Origin: Spirochaetia bacterium
GTDB taxonomy: Bacteria; Patescibacteriota; Microgenomatia; UBA1400; MFAQ01
Assembly: GCA_035477615.1 (NCBI GenBank)
Contig: DATIKJ010000051.1
Coordinates: 1,009 to 65,008 of the forward strand
Reading direction: 5' to 3'
Length of the DNA: 64,000 nucleotides
Positions within the stretch are counted from its first letter, which is position 1. Each line of letters begins with the position of its first letter. This document shows, piece by piece, positions 48,602 to 59,927 of the stretch. Below the pieces are notes generated by a model, which saw nothing but the letters and a program-made list of their open reading frames with translations, did not search any database and had not been told where the DNA came from. The translations under genes were made by a program, and so were the position numbers.

Positions 48602-49237
48602 TCAATCAAAAAATGCCTTCTCTCCACTCCCATCATCCACCACTGGCTGTTCATTTTGTCGATGATCATCCATCACTGTATCAAACTCTTGTAGATACTG
48701 CAGAACCATCTCTGGTGTCGTCGCAATTCTATATACTCTCAAAGCTCCAGGTCGACTCCCAATCAACATATTTTTTACCAACGACTCCATAATAGAAAAC
48801 CAAAAATCTCCATACAATATCAATGGTTTATGATGACCAAAATACAAGTAAGCCAAACCCCAAGCCATTCCAAACTCTGACAATGTTCCTGTCCCTCCGT
48901 TAAATATCACATACGCATTCCCAAGTTCCAAAAGTTTCATTGTTCGATCCACATAGTTATTCATGATCACTTCTCGATCCGCTTTGTTCAAATGATCTTT
49001 TCCTTCAAAGTTCTCAATAAACTTAGGATAAAAAGTTGCCACTGTCGAAGTACCTCCACCCTCATGAGCTCCTTCTGTCGCCGCCCTCATTACTCCAGGA
49101 CCGCCACCGTTCACAATCTCCAAACCATTCTGTGCCAACAAACGAGTGACCTCTAATGTTTCACGATATAAAGAACTCTCAGGAGGACAGTCTGCAAAAC
49201 CAAAAACTGTAATTGCCTTAATCTTTTTAAATGCCAT
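48602..49237 (-). CDS. LOG-family nucleotide monophosphate nucleosidase
   Basis: GGGPGVM.A, GGTGTLSE. Confidence 0.85.
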   Translation of the reverse strand: MAFKKIKAITVFGFADCPPESSLYRETLEVTRLLAQNGLEIVNGGGPGVMRAATEGAHEGGGTSTVATFYPKFIENFEGKDHLNKADREVIMNNYVDRTMKLLELGNAYVIFNGGTGTLSEFGMAWGLAYLYFGHHKPLILYGDFWFSIMESLVKNMLIGSRPGALRVYRIATTPEMVLQYLQEFDTVMDDHRQNEQPVVDDGSGEKAFFD

Positions 49238-49246
49238 AACTTAATG

Positions 49247-49882
49247 CTACTCTATGTTTTCTAATTTTCGGTACACCATTTCTGGATCTTCGGAATTAAG
49301 AATCTCACTTCCTACCGCATACTCCATCTTTTCACCTCCCGCACCTAAACATTTTTTAATATTCTCCTCATTCAGACCGCCATCTATCATAATCGTTACG
49401 GTTGAAGATAACTCTCTCACTTTTTTAATTTTCTCCAAAACCTGATTATCAAATTTTTGTCCTTGCGCCCCAGCCTTAACACTCATTAGCAACACCACAT
49501 CAACTAAATTTACCCATTCATCTAAGCCAATCAAAGAAGTCTCCAAGTCATAAGCCAATCCTGTTCTCATACCAGCCTCCTCAGCTTTTGTAATAAACTC
49601 TTGTTTGTCTGTCATTTTCTCCACCTGTCCGTACACTACCGTTATTCCTGCTGCCACACATCGATCAATCCACTCTACTGGCTCTTCCACCATCAAGTGT
49701 GCTTCGATCTCTGCCATGGTATCTACTTCTAGCAGTACTTCGGGCGTAACCGTCTCCACCGGAAAAAACTTTCCATCGATAATATCCATCTGCACTTTCG
49801 GTGCAAAAACTCCGACCTTGTTTAAATCCTCTTCAAATTTACTGATATCTTTTGCGAGTACTGTCGGAATTATTTTATTCAT
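49247..49882 (-). CDS. rpe: Ribulose-phosphate 3-epimerase
   Basis: DIIDG.F, HLMV, MSV..G..GQ.F, IDGG. Confidence 0.9.
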   Translation of the reverse strand: MNKIIPTVLAKDISKFEEDLNKVGVFAPKVQMDIIDGKFFPVETVTPEVLLEVDTMAEIEAHLMVEEPVEWIDRCVAAGITVVYGQVEKMTDKQEFITKAEEAGMRTGLAYDLETSLIGLDEWVNLVDVVLLMSVKAGAQGQKFDNQVLEKIKKVRELSSTVTIMIDGGLNEENIKKCLGAGGEKMEYAVGSEILNSEDPEMVYRKLENIE

Positions 49883-50319
49883 TGAATCAAATTATCCAAT
49901 TTCATAACTCGTCTTTTATAGTTCTCTCCACCATTAAAATTTTCTGTCAAAAATATCTTTATCATTCTTTCCACACTGACATTATCAATATAATCTGCCG
50001 GAACAGAAAGACAATTGATATTGTCATCCGTTCTTCCTCTTCGCACTGCCTCATCATCAAAAGCCAAGCCGCACCTCACTCCTACAAATTTATTGGCCGC
50101 AATCATCATCCCAAATCCATTTCGACAGAAAAGAATCACTTTATCATCATTTGTAATTGCCTCTTTTATAGCTGCCTTAGCATAATCTACAAAATCATCA
50201 TCTTCCACCAACTCCCTTGCCCCAACATCAACCACTTCATAACCATCAGCCATAAGCCAAGCCTTTGCTTCTTCTTTTGTTTTAAAACCTCCATGATCAG
50301 CTCCAATTATTACGTGCAT
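49879..50319 (-). CDS. rpiB: Ribose-5-phosphate isomerase B
   Basis: GADHGG, C..G.GM.IAANK..G. Confidence 0.9.
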   Translation of the reverse strand: MHVIIGADHGGFKTKEEAKAWLMADGYEVVDVGARELVEDDDFVDYAKAAIKEAITNDDKVILFCRNGFGMMIAANKFVGVRCGLAFDDEAVRRGRTDDNINCLSVPADYIDNVSVERMIKIFLTENFNGGENYKRRVMKLDNLIQ

Positions 50320-50331
50320 ATATACAATATA

Positions 50332-50628
50332 TCAAAATCCAAACTCAGCTTTCAGTTCGTCACTCATTAGATCTTTACTCCAGGGTGGATCCCAGACCAA
50401 CTCCACTATTAATTTCTTCACTTCCGGAACTCCTTTTAAAGCATCATTAATTTTTTTATCGATCACTGGTGCCAGAGGACATCCCGGACTTGTAAGAGTC
50501 ATCTCCACTTCCGCTTCACCTGCTTCATAACGCACGTCATAAATAAGTCCCAAATCCACAATCGACACACCAAGCTCTGGATCAATTACTTTTTTTAACG
50601 CCTCCCAAATTTTATCCTCCACCATCAT
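50332..50628 (-). CDS. sufT: DUF59/SufT Fe-S assembly protein
   Basis: VIDPELG.SIVDLGL, MTLTSPGCP, WDPPW. Confidence 0.9.
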   Translation of the reverse strand: MMVEDKIWEALKKVIDPELGVSIVDLGLIYDVRYEAGEAEVEMTLTSPGCPLAPVIDKKINDALKGVPEVKKLIVELVWDPPWSKDLMSDELKAEFGF

Positions 50629-50819
50629 TTTTTCATTCTAAACTCTGCTTCGATCAATACAAACACTCCCCAAATAGCCGCTGTCAAACCAACCAACATC
50701 CACTGAGTACTCGCTAGCCAAAGATCAGTTCCCAAAGCTCCAATCAAAGCCAAAACTACACACACAATTGAAAAATATATTAAAGTTTTTCCCATCGCTA
50801 ATTTATCTTTACTTCTCAT
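50625..50819 (-). CDS. Small two-TM membrane protein
   Basis: Strong SD GGAGGTGA; two hydrophobic helices. Confidence 0.7.
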   Translation of the reverse strand: MRSKDKLAMGKTLIYFSIVCVVLALIGALGTDLWLASTQWMLVGLTAAIWGVFVLIEAEFRMKK

Positions 50820-50835
50820 GCTTTCACCTCCCTTC

Positions 50836-51078
50836 TTATCTCGGCCACACGGTTTCTCCGGTTTCCGTATTAATAATTTTTATTGCTATCATCGGACAAG
50901 ACTGTGCTGCCAGAAGTTTTTCCTCGTCACTATTTCCGTCCTGATCAATCAATCCAACTTTCCCGTCAGTCCCAATTCTAAAAGTTAAATTTGCCAAATC
51001 TACACACGAACCGGAACCAATACACTTATTTTTATCAACTACCACTTTATACTTGGTCATTACTGGTTCATCGTTCAT
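50836..51078 (-). CDS. Monocluster ferredoxin
   Basis: CIGSGSC ... SCP..AI; start placed 7 nt after TAAACT. Confidence 0.85.
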   Translation of the reverse strand: MNDEPVMTKYKVVVDKNKCIGSGSCVDLANLTFRIGTDGKVGLIDQDGNSDEEKLLAAQSCPMIAIKIINTETGETVWPR

Positions 51079-51091
51079 TACCATCAGTTTA

Positions 51092-51799
51092 TCATGCAAA
51101 TCGTTCATAAAAAATCTGTACCTCTGGCACACCTTTTTTCAAAAGCAGTTCTTTAACTCCCACAATCATATCCGGATTGCCACACAAATAAGCTGTCATT
51201 TCTTTCCATTGCAAACTCATCTTTTCAATCGTCTCGCCCACATGCCCTTGTTTTCCTGGCCAATCATTTCCTGGTTTCGACAAAACAGTCTCAAAATGGA
51301 AATTTTCGTAATCCCTTTGCAGTTTATCAATCTCCTTTACCCAATAAAGATCAGACTCATACCTCATTCCCCATACTAGATGTACCTGACCCCGAAAATT
51401 CCTATTCACCAACAAATTATCAATCATTGGTTTTAAAGGCACTACCCCAGTTCCAGTTCCCACAAACAACAGCTCTTTTTCCGTCGCAAAAACTTCCTCA
51501 CCTACTACAAATCTTCCTAAAAATCCCAACACCTCAACCGAGTCCCCAACTTTAAGATCAATAATGTATTTTGAACCCTCTCCCATTGGAGATACATCAA
51601 TTACCAAATCAATCGTTTTCTTTCCCGGCAAACTCGCTACCGAATAAGACCTTCGCAAACCTTCTTTATTTACTTTCAAACTCACAAACTGCCCTGGTAA
51701 AAAAGAGACTACTTCTTCCAGTTCAATTCCTACCAACCAAGTCTTACCAGACAAACTGGTCTTGTAATTTACTCTACCTAGCATTTTCTTTGCACTCAT
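51092..51799 (-). CDS. FNR-like FAD/NAD(P)H oxidoreductase
   Basis: RSYS, G.GS, GTGTGVVP, YLCG, E.F. Confidence 0.88.
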   Translation of the reverse strand: MSAKKMLGRVNYKTSLSGKTWLVGIELEEVVSFLPGQFVSLKVNKEGLRRSYSVASLPGKKTIDLVIDVSPMGEGSKYIIDLKVGDSVEVLGFLGRFVVGEEVFATEKELLFVGTGTGVVPLKPMIDNLLVNRNFRGQVHLVWGMRYESDLYWVKEIDKLQRDYENFHFETVLSKPGNDWPGKQGHVGETIEKMSLQWKEMTAYLCGNPDMIVGVKELLLKKGVPEVQIFYERFA

Positions 51800-51813
51800 G
51801 TCTTATCTTAACT

Positions 51814-52503
51814 CTAATTTAAAGCAATCCAAATTCCTACTGCTATTAATACTACTCCCATAACAAACCTCATCCATTTCGTATTTTTGTGTTCCCACTC
51901 TTTCATTTCTACAACCTGTCTACCACCAATCATCACCAGTAAAACCACAATCAAAGGTAAAATAAATATCAGGTTGTAATAGAAAAAATATCCCAGTACT
52001 TTTGTCATTTCCAAACCTGACCTAGCTATTACTGCGGTAGTTCCAATATACAAAGGTAACATACACGGTGTCGAAAACACTGTTGTCAAAAATCCAATCA
52101 AAACTGTTACTCCATAGTTAGTTTTTGCCATCAACTTTGTTAGTTTTTCGAATCCTTTCATACTCATTCTTAAATGAATCGGTAAATTTGACAAACACAC
52201 ATCCTTAAGCTGAATTACTCCGGCAATAATCAACACTCCCCCCACAATATATTTGAAAACACTCGCCAGCCACCAACGCTGAATATAATAAGCAAGTCCA
52301 TAAAACAACAATCCTGTTAAAAGATACGTTACAAATACTGCCCCGATATATACTAAGCCTGTTTTCAAAACAAAGTTCTTTTCTTTTCCTCTTCGTCCGA
52401 AAACAATCAGGTATCCTAAAAAGGTTATCATCATTCCAATTCCACAGGGGTTCAACCCATTGGTCAAAGCAGCTGCCGTTAGCAACGATAAATTTATTTC
52501 CAT
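51814..52503 (-). CDS. CcdA/DsbD-like membrane thiol-redox protein
   Basis: NPC and TPC cysteines in a six-TM protein. Confidence 0.75.
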   Translation of the reverse strand: MEINLSLLTAAALTNGLNPCGIGMMITFLGYLIVFGRRGKEKNFVLKTGLVYIGAVFVTYLLTGLLFYGLAYYIQRWWLASVFKYIVGGVLIIAGVIQLKDVCLSNLPIHLRMSMKGFEKLTKLMAKTNYGVTVLIGFLTTVFSTPCMLPLYIGTTAVIARSGLEMTKVLGYFFYYNLIFILPLIVVLLVMIGGRQVVEMKEWEHKNTKWMRFVMGVVLIAVGIWIALN

Positions 52504-53133
52504 TTAATATGTTTTAAGTAATTCGTTAACTTTAGCTACCACAAAATCAATCGCTATTTGTTCTCCATTTACAAAGATTGTTGGCGTTCCAGAAAGTCGT
52601 AAGCTATTTCCTAAATTAAGATCTTTTTGTACTTCAGCCATTACTTCACTCGAGTTAAGTTTTTCCTTAAAAACAGTTTCCTCCAATCCCAAACTCTTTG
52701 CATACTCTATCAGTTTGTCTTCAACTTTAACCTCAGTAGACCATTCCTCCTGTTTCTCAAACAACAAGTCCATCATCTCCCATTCTTTTCCCATGACTCT
52801 CGCTGCCTCCACTGCTCTTGCAGAAATCTGAGAATATCTATGAATTCCAAGAGGAAAATGTCTAAAAATCATCCTAACCCCCGAAGTACTATCCAAACTC
52901 TTCATCAGTTCATGTGCTCTTTTACATGCCGGACACTCCATGTCGGAAAAATTGACAATGGTTACTTTTGTTTCCCCATATTCTTTGATTAGCTTTGCTC
53001 CATCGATAAGTCTGTTTTGATCCACAATAAGTGATGTAGACTGACCAGCCATTCTTGACAATCCAAAAATCACAACCATCACCAAAAAAGCACTTCCAAG
53101 TAACACATTAAATATTAATCTCCAATCATTCAT
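52504..53133 (-). CDS. DsbA-family thioredoxin-fold protein
   Basis: SDMECPAC, RHFPL, GTPT. Confidence 0.9.
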   Translation of the reverse strand: MNDWRLIFNVLLGSAFLVMVVIFGLSRMAGQSTSLIVDQNRLIDGAKLIKEYGETKVTIVNFSDMECPACKRAHELMKSLDSTSGVRMIFRHFPLGIHRYSQISARAVEAARVMGKEWEMMDLLFEKQEEWSTEVKVEDKLIEYAKSLGLEETVFKEKLNSSEVMAEVQKDLNLGNSLRLSGTPTIFVNGEQIAIDFVVAKVNELLKTY

Positions 53134-53501
53134 TCTTGTTCAAACACTCTTAATAATCCACGATAGGCGAGTGTTGCACACTTCATTCTTCCCGCATTTA
53201 TCTCTCCTCCAAGCATTTCTACCACCCCATCCTCTCCAAATATTTCTAAATCACTTTTGTTCATTCCTACCACCTTTTCCGACAACATCGATGCCCCAGC
53301 TGTCGAGATAGCACAGCCTATCCCTTGCCACTTCATATCCAAAATTTTTCCATCATCCAATTTCACAAAAATTTTAATAATGTCTCCACAAGAAGAATTT
53401 ACCTCATCAATTACTCTATCAGCATTCTCAATCTCTCCCTGATTCCTCGGGTTTTTATAATGATCGATAATAATCTCTCGGTATTCAGACATCTTAGGCA
53501 A
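53130..53501 (-). CDS. sufU: SufU/IscU-type scaffold or sulfurtransferase
   Basis: IDHYKNPRN.G, SCGD, GCAISTA, RMKCA. Confidence 0.9.
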   Translation of the reverse strand: MPKMSEYREIIIDHYKNPRNQGEIENADRVIDEVNSSCGDIIKIFVKLDDGKILDMKWQGIGCAISTAGASMLSEKVVGMNKSDLEIFGEDGVVEMLGGEINAGRMKCATLAYRGLLRVFEQE

Positions 53502-54774
53502 AAACTTTTGGTACCTCTCTTAATTTTTGAACAAAAAAGTCAATTTCTTCTTTGGTGTTATATAGATAAAAGGTTGCTCTCACCATTGCACTCACTCCAA
53601 AATTTGCCACTAAGGGAGCCGCACAATGATGTCCGGATCTAACAGCAACTCCATAATTATCCAGTATCTGAGCCGTATCATGGGCATGCACGCCCACTAC
53701 ATTAAACGATATTACTCCTCCACGTCTTTCTATTTCTGGACCATATAGAATTACCAGATCTTCACTTTCTAGTTCTTCCATCTTTTCCAAAGCATAACTC
53801 ATCAGTTTTTTTTCATAAACATGAACTTCATCCATGCCAATTTTTTGTAAATAATCCACTGCTGCACCCAGTCCCACAATTCCAGCTATATCCGGTGTTC
53901 CTGCTTCAAATTTACTCGGCAGTTCTGCCCAGGTTGCACTCGTCAACTTCACCTCATTAATCATATCTCCACCATAAAGAAATGGCTTCATTCCGTTTAA
54001 TATTTCTTTCTTCCCCCACAACACTCCCACTCCCGTCGGACCAAGCATTTTATGTCCAGAAAAAACCAAGAAGTCTACCCCCATCTTCACTACATCAACT
54101 TTCATATGTGGCACCATCTGCGCCCCATCAACCAATATCAGAGCTTCAGATGACAGACTTCTCACCATCCTCACAATCAATTCCATTGGCGTCACTGTTC
54201 CCAACACATTTGACTGCCCTGTAAAAGCTACCATTTTCACTTTCGAGTCCAACATATTTTTCCATCCACCAATCACTACTTTCAAACCATTTTCTTCCAT
54301 AGTTTTTACTTCACTATCATTAATCAGTTCTCCTTTTTTATCGATATCTACTACTCGAAGTTCAGCCCCTTTTCTTCTACACAGTTCCTGCCACGGAATC
54401 ATGTTCGAGTGGTGCTCCAGTTTTGTAATCACCACCGCATCACCCTCATTTATATATTCCTCACCCCAAGAATAAGCTATCAGGTTAATACTCTCAGTTG
54501 TATTTCTAGTAAAGATTACTTCCTCGCTTCTTCCTCCAATAAAATTGGCCACTTTATTTCTTGCTTCATCTACTAGTCGGGTTGATTCAACAGATATTTC
54601 ATAAACTCCGCGATGAATATTTGCATTTGTCTCACGATAATACTTATCTATCGCCTCAATCACCATCAAAGGTTTTTGGCTGGTCGCTCCGCTATCCAAA
54701 TACACCAAAGGATTACTTATTATTTTTCTATGCAAAATAGGGAAGTCTGCTCTAATTTGTGTTACATCAAACAT
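53494..54774 (-). CDS. sufS: Cysteine desulfurase
   Basis: YLDSGAT, EHHSN, SGHKM, RSGHHCA. Confidence 0.95.
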   Translation of the reverse strand: MFDVTQIRADFPILHRKIISNPLVYLDSGATSQKPLMVIEAIDKYYRETNANIHRGVYEISVESTRLVDEARNKVANFIGGRSEEVIFTRNTTESINLIAYSWGEEYINEGDAVVITKLEHHSNMIPWQELCRRKGAELRVVDIDKKGELINDSEVKTMEENGLKVVIGGWKNMLDSKVKMVAFTGQSNVLGTVTPMELIVRMVRSLSSEALILVDGAQMVPHMKVDVVKMGVDFLVFSGHKMLGPTGVGVLWGKKEILNGMKPFLYGGDMINEVKLTSATWAELPSKFEAGTPDIAGIVGLGAAVDYLQKIGMDEVHVYEKKLMSYALEKMEELESEDLVILYGPEIERRGGVISFNVVGVHAHDTAQILDNYGVAVRSGHHCAAPLVANFGVSAMVRATFYLYNTKEEIDFFVQKLREVPKVFA

Positions 54775-54776
54775 AC

Positions 54777-55241
54777 TTAATTGTAATCCAGAAATCCTTT
54801 AATAATCATATTTTTTGCTTCCATTTCTCCTACACCCCGAGACTTCAAATAAAACAGTTGTTCTTCATCAATTTTTCCTACACTTGCCGAATGACTCGCC
54901 TTTACTCTATTAGCCTCAATCTCTAGTTCTGGTTCCGCCGTAGCACTTGATTTCTTATCCAAAAGCAAAATTTTCATTGATAAAAAACTATCCGTTTCCT
55001 GTGCCTGCTTGGCGATCTTTACTAATCCTTTAACTCTAACTCTCGCTCCATTCTCCGCTATACCTTTAATCACTACTCTACCAAAAGTATTTAGAGCAAG
55101 ATGTGCTATCACCAAATTCAACTCATAATCTCCGGCATCCCTTGCCTCAATAACTCCCAGCCACTCCAACTTCTCACCTTCTTTACTCAACTGAAGTTTT
55201 ATTTCGTGTTTTCCTGGGCTTTTTATTAAGTATTTTTCCAT
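54777..55241 (-). CDS. sufD: Truncated SufD
   Basis: PELEI....VKASHSASVG.ID.EQLFYL.SRG; only 154 aa. Confidence 0.85.
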   Translation of the reverse strand: MEKYLIKSPGKHEIKLQLSKEGEKLEWLGVIEARDAGDYELNLVIAHLALNTFGRVVIKGIAENGARVRVKGLVKIAKQAQETDSFLSMKILLLDKKSSATAEPELEIEANRVKASHSASVGKIDEEQLFYLKSRGVGEMEAKNMIIKGFLDYN

Positions 55242-55246
55242 ATTCT

Positions 55247-56673
<1,427 letters not shown>

Positions 56674-56677
<4 letters not shown>

Positions 56678-57405
56678 TCAGCTAATTGATATCCATTCTT
56701 TTCCAATCTGTCTACTATTTCCTTTCCTCCTCTTTCTACTATCACTCCATCTTTCATGACTGCCACTTTGTCAGGGTTTAAGTAGTTCAAAACCCTTTGA
56801 TAATGAGTAATTACCAAAACACTCATTTTTTCTTCTTTAACCATCTCTGCCACACTCCTTGCTATTGTAGCCATCGCATCAATGTCTAGACCACTATCAA
56901 TCTCATCCATTATCAATAGTTTCGGCTTCAGTACTCTCATCTGCAGTATCTCCATTTTTTTCTTCTCTCCACCACTAAACCCTTCATTGAGTCCTCTACC
57001 CAACAACTCAGGACTCAAACTCAATTTCTCTGCTTCTCTCTCAACTGTTTTTTTTAGATCCAGTGCTGACACTACTTTATCTTTATTCTTTATTCTCAAT
57101 GCTGTAAGCAACATCTCTCGTACTGTAACTCCCGGAATTGCCACTGGGTGCTGAAAAGCTAAATAAATTCCTTTGTTCGCTCTCTCGTCCGGCGTCATCA
57201 ATTGCATATCTTGTCCTTCAAAAGAAATTACTCCATCATATACTTCATATATCGGATTTCCGATTACTGTCGAAGCCAAGCTAGATTTTCCAGACCCATT
57301 CGGTCCCATCAAAACAAAAATCTCTCCCTCATTCAAAGACAAATTCACTCCCTTTAAAATTTCCTTACCTTCTACTTTTACTTTCAAATTTTTTATTGTC
57401 AACAT
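56674..57405 (-). CDS. sufC: Fe-S assembly ATPase SufC
   Basis: [26 protein letters not shown]; start moved to MLTIK. Confidence 0.95.
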
Positions 57406-57477
57406 TTTTTTGTTTATCTTTGCAAGGATTTGAGAATTATGACAATTTTCCACCGTTAAGCACTAAATACTTGTTTC

Positions 57478-57864
57478 TTACTTAATAAGATCCTCCAAGG
57501 TGTATTTTTCAAGCAATCTATTAATATCCTCAGTTAGCATTTCCATAAATCCCACTTGTCCACAACCACCCTCCATCGGACACTCAGAGCAATTAACTGG
57601 CTCTACTTCTCCCTCAATTGCCTCTAAAGCCTCTCTAATCTGAATTTCTTTAGGTTCATAGTTTAAGCCATAACCTCCACCCTTACCTTCACGACTATTA
57701 AGAATTCCAGCCTCAACTAGAGAAGCTGCAATTTTACTCATGAAGGCTCTAGGCATCCCCATCTCGGCTAGCTCCTTTAAATTGACACGGCCCTTCCGGC
57801 CCCTTAAAGCCAAAACAGAAAGCATTGATAAGCCATAATCAGCCTTTTTAGTTAGTGTAAACAT
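57478..57864 (-). CDS. Rrf2-family regulator with three Cys
   Basis: KADYG, S.EG.GGGY.L, CSEC-x5-C. Confidence 0.9.
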   Translation of the reverse strand: MFTLTKKADYGLSMLSVLALRGRKGRVNLKELAEMGMPRAFMSKIAASLVEAGILNSREGKGGGYGLNYEPKEIQIREALEAIEGEVEPVNCSECPMEGGCGQVGFMEMLTEDINRLLEKYTLEDLIK

Positions 57865-57865
57865 A

Positions 57866-57890
57866 TACTTGGACTATTATACTCCAAGTA
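57866..57890. promoter_or_regulatory. Rrf2 operator overlapping the -10 box
   Basis: TACTTGGA-N9-TCCAAGTA perfect inverted repeat containing minus-strand TATAAT. Confidence 0.8.
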
Positions 57891-57905
57891 CACCGTTTTA
57901 ACCAC

Positions 57906-58739
57906 CTATTTCTTCGATACCGCTCCCTCAATCTGCTCCCAGTCACGCACCTTTCGAATCTTCAAATTTTTCTTCCATGCATTCTCAATCACCGACAAAT
58001 CCACATCCAGTTCTTTAGCCAATCCCAATAAAGCTACCGTATCTTTTGGAAAACACTTTCCCCCAAACCCTCTTTGGGTCGTAATATCCAAATGTGAGTC
58101 ATATATTCGTTTATCTGCTACCACCATTTTCTTCATTTCCCCATAATTTACCCCCAACTTTTCGCATAGATCAAACATCTCATTGGCAAAAGATACCTTT
58201 GTCGCCAAATATGTATTGGCCATATACTTCACCACTTCAGCCGTTGTTGGGTCTGTTTCAAATATTGGAGTCTTAGGAAAAGTCGCTCGATACAAATCTA
58301 CCACCCACTGTTTTACCTCATTATTATCTGCCCCTACCACCACTCTATCCGCATTCACAAAATCCTCCAAGTAATTTGCCTCCGTCAAGAACTCCGGATT
58401 AAATACCATCCGAGGATACTTCAATTTCTTAATCAGTCTCCTAGTCGTCCCTGGAATAATCGTAGATTTCAACACAATAATCGGTTTTACTTTGTTCTTT
58501 TTCGCAGACGCCACTATCTCGGCCGTCACGTCTTCCACAATAGACAAATCGATCTTTGTGTACTCCTTGGTCATCGGAGTTGGTACACCTACAAAAATCA
58601 CCTCCGATTTTTTAACCACTTCATCCAAAGAAAGTGTTGGTAAAAACTTATCATAAATATAAACCTCATTTTCCTCCTTAAATCCATACTCTACTGCTTT
58701 TCCAACAAATCCATATCCAACAATTCCAATTTTGTACAT
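57906..58739 (-). CDS. UDP-glucose/GDP-mannose dehydrogenase family, short form
   Basis: GYGFVG, VPTP, KST, PEFL.E, GFGGKCFPKD; no C-terminal UDP-binding domain. Confidence 0.88.
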   Translation of the reverse strand: MYKIGIVGYGFVGKAVEYGFKEENEVYIYDKFLPTLSLDEVVKKSEVIFVGVPTPMTKEYTKIDLSIVEDVTAEIVASAKKNKVKPIIVLKSTIIPGTTRRLIKKLKYPRMVFNPEFLTEANYLEDFVNADRVVVGADNNEVKQWVVDLYRATFPKTPIFETDPTTAEVVKYMANTYLATKVSFANEMFDLCEKLGVNYGEMKKMVVADKRIYDSHLDITTQRGFGGKCFPKDTVALLGLAKELDVDLSVIENAWKKNLKIRKVRDWEQIEGAVSKK

Positions 58740-58777
58740 ACTATTAGTGTAACACTTACAATAACCTTGTCAACTGT

Positions 58778-59410
58778 CTAAAACAATCCCATCTGTTGCT
58801 CCACCTTCTTAGGCTCTTCCCCTTTTGGATAAGAAAAATCCACTTCGATTTCTCTCAGCTCATTCCAATGATCTTTAAACCTCAATTTTCTATTTTTCAA
58901 ACCATAGTCATACACTCCTTTGGTTACTTCTACATCCATCTCACAGTATTTTTTCAAGTTAGCTAAGCTCTCAGGATCTCCCTTAGTCCACCAGGAAACT
59001 GCCTCAGCTCCTCCGGCTATTTTTCCTTGTCCCAAAGTTTCTTTGGCTACAGAATCAAGTTTTACTCGATGTCCAAAAACGTCTTTTATAATCTTTAATA
59101 CGTCAAAGTGATTAAGCTTAAAAAAGTTTCCCTTGTACACCCCATTCATAGCCGGCACATCAAAACCTAAACTGTTGTATCCAATAATTCTATCTGCCTC
59201 TTCAAACCAGCTCCACATTTGCTCAAACTCACTCTCCCAAAAACTTTTCATTTCTCCCCTAATTTCTTTGAAATCCCGATCAATTTCTCGTCTATAAGCC
59301 GACACTATTGAAATACCCAAGTCTTCCGGTTTCTTTGCATTTATCTCATCAAAAAATTTTTTCGTCTCAATGTCAAAAATCACTTCCACTCTTTTTCCAT
59401 CACTACTCAT
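58778..59410 (-). CDS. RNase H-like DEDD 3'-5' exonuclease
   Basis: FDIET, GYN...FD, YC..DV. Confidence 0.8.
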   Translation of the reverse strand: MSSDGKRVEVIFDIETKKFFDEINAKKPEDLGISIVSAYRREIDRDFKEIRGEMKSFWESEFEQMWSWFEEADRIIGYNSLGFDVPAMNGVYKGNFFKLNHFDVLKIIKDVFGHRVKLDSVAKETLGQGKIAGGAEAVSWWTKGDPESLANLKKYCEMDVEVTKGVYDYGLKNRKLRFKDHWNELREIEVDFSYPKGEEPKKVEQQMGLF

Positions 59411-59419
59411 GTGAGTTAT

Positions 59420-59926
59420 TTAATCACCCTTCTCCCATTTGTGCATCCTCTTCTTTCCATATCTTCCAAAAAAGAACACTCCAAATCCTAATGCCAACGC
59501 CGGAATGTAATACTGCCAAGATCCAGCATCTAAAAGCTCCGACTCATCCGGCAACGCCGCTGGAGTTGCCACGGCTGCCGACACTGTTGCATTAAATCTC
59601 AAAGTAAAAGAGATACTCTGTGTCCCCGACGTTATTGTTATCAAACTATCCCCTTGATCTAAAACACTGGGTATATAGCTCCACACCCCACTCGTACTTG
59701 CAGTCGTGTAATTTAACGACGTTTTAATTTTTACTCCTACCTGTGCACTTGGAGAAGCCGTTCCCGACAAAGATGGTATTCCACCTGTATAAGTTACCAA
59801 ACTGTAATTTGTTCCGAGAGTAGACTGTGTTCCTACACTAGTAAGCGTCAAATCATACGCCCATACATTTCTCACAAAAACATAAAGTCCCAACAAACTT
59901 ATCAAATATATTAATCCTTTTTTCAT
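59420..59926 (-). CDS. Surface protein, Ig-like and Ser/Thr-rich, with C-terminal anchor
   Basis: Signal peptide; LSGTA.P...V Ig-like strand; LLDAG followed by a TM and basic tail. Confidence 0.7.
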   Translation of the reverse strand: MKKGLIYLISLLGLYVFVRNVWAYDLTLTSVGTQSTLGTNYSLVTYTGGIPSLSGTASPSAQVGVKIKTSLNYTTASTSGVWSYIPSVLDQGDSLITITSGTQSISFTLRFNATVSAAVATPAALPDESELLDAGSWQYYIPALALGFGVFFFGRYGKKRMHKWEKGD

Positions 59927-59927
59927 A

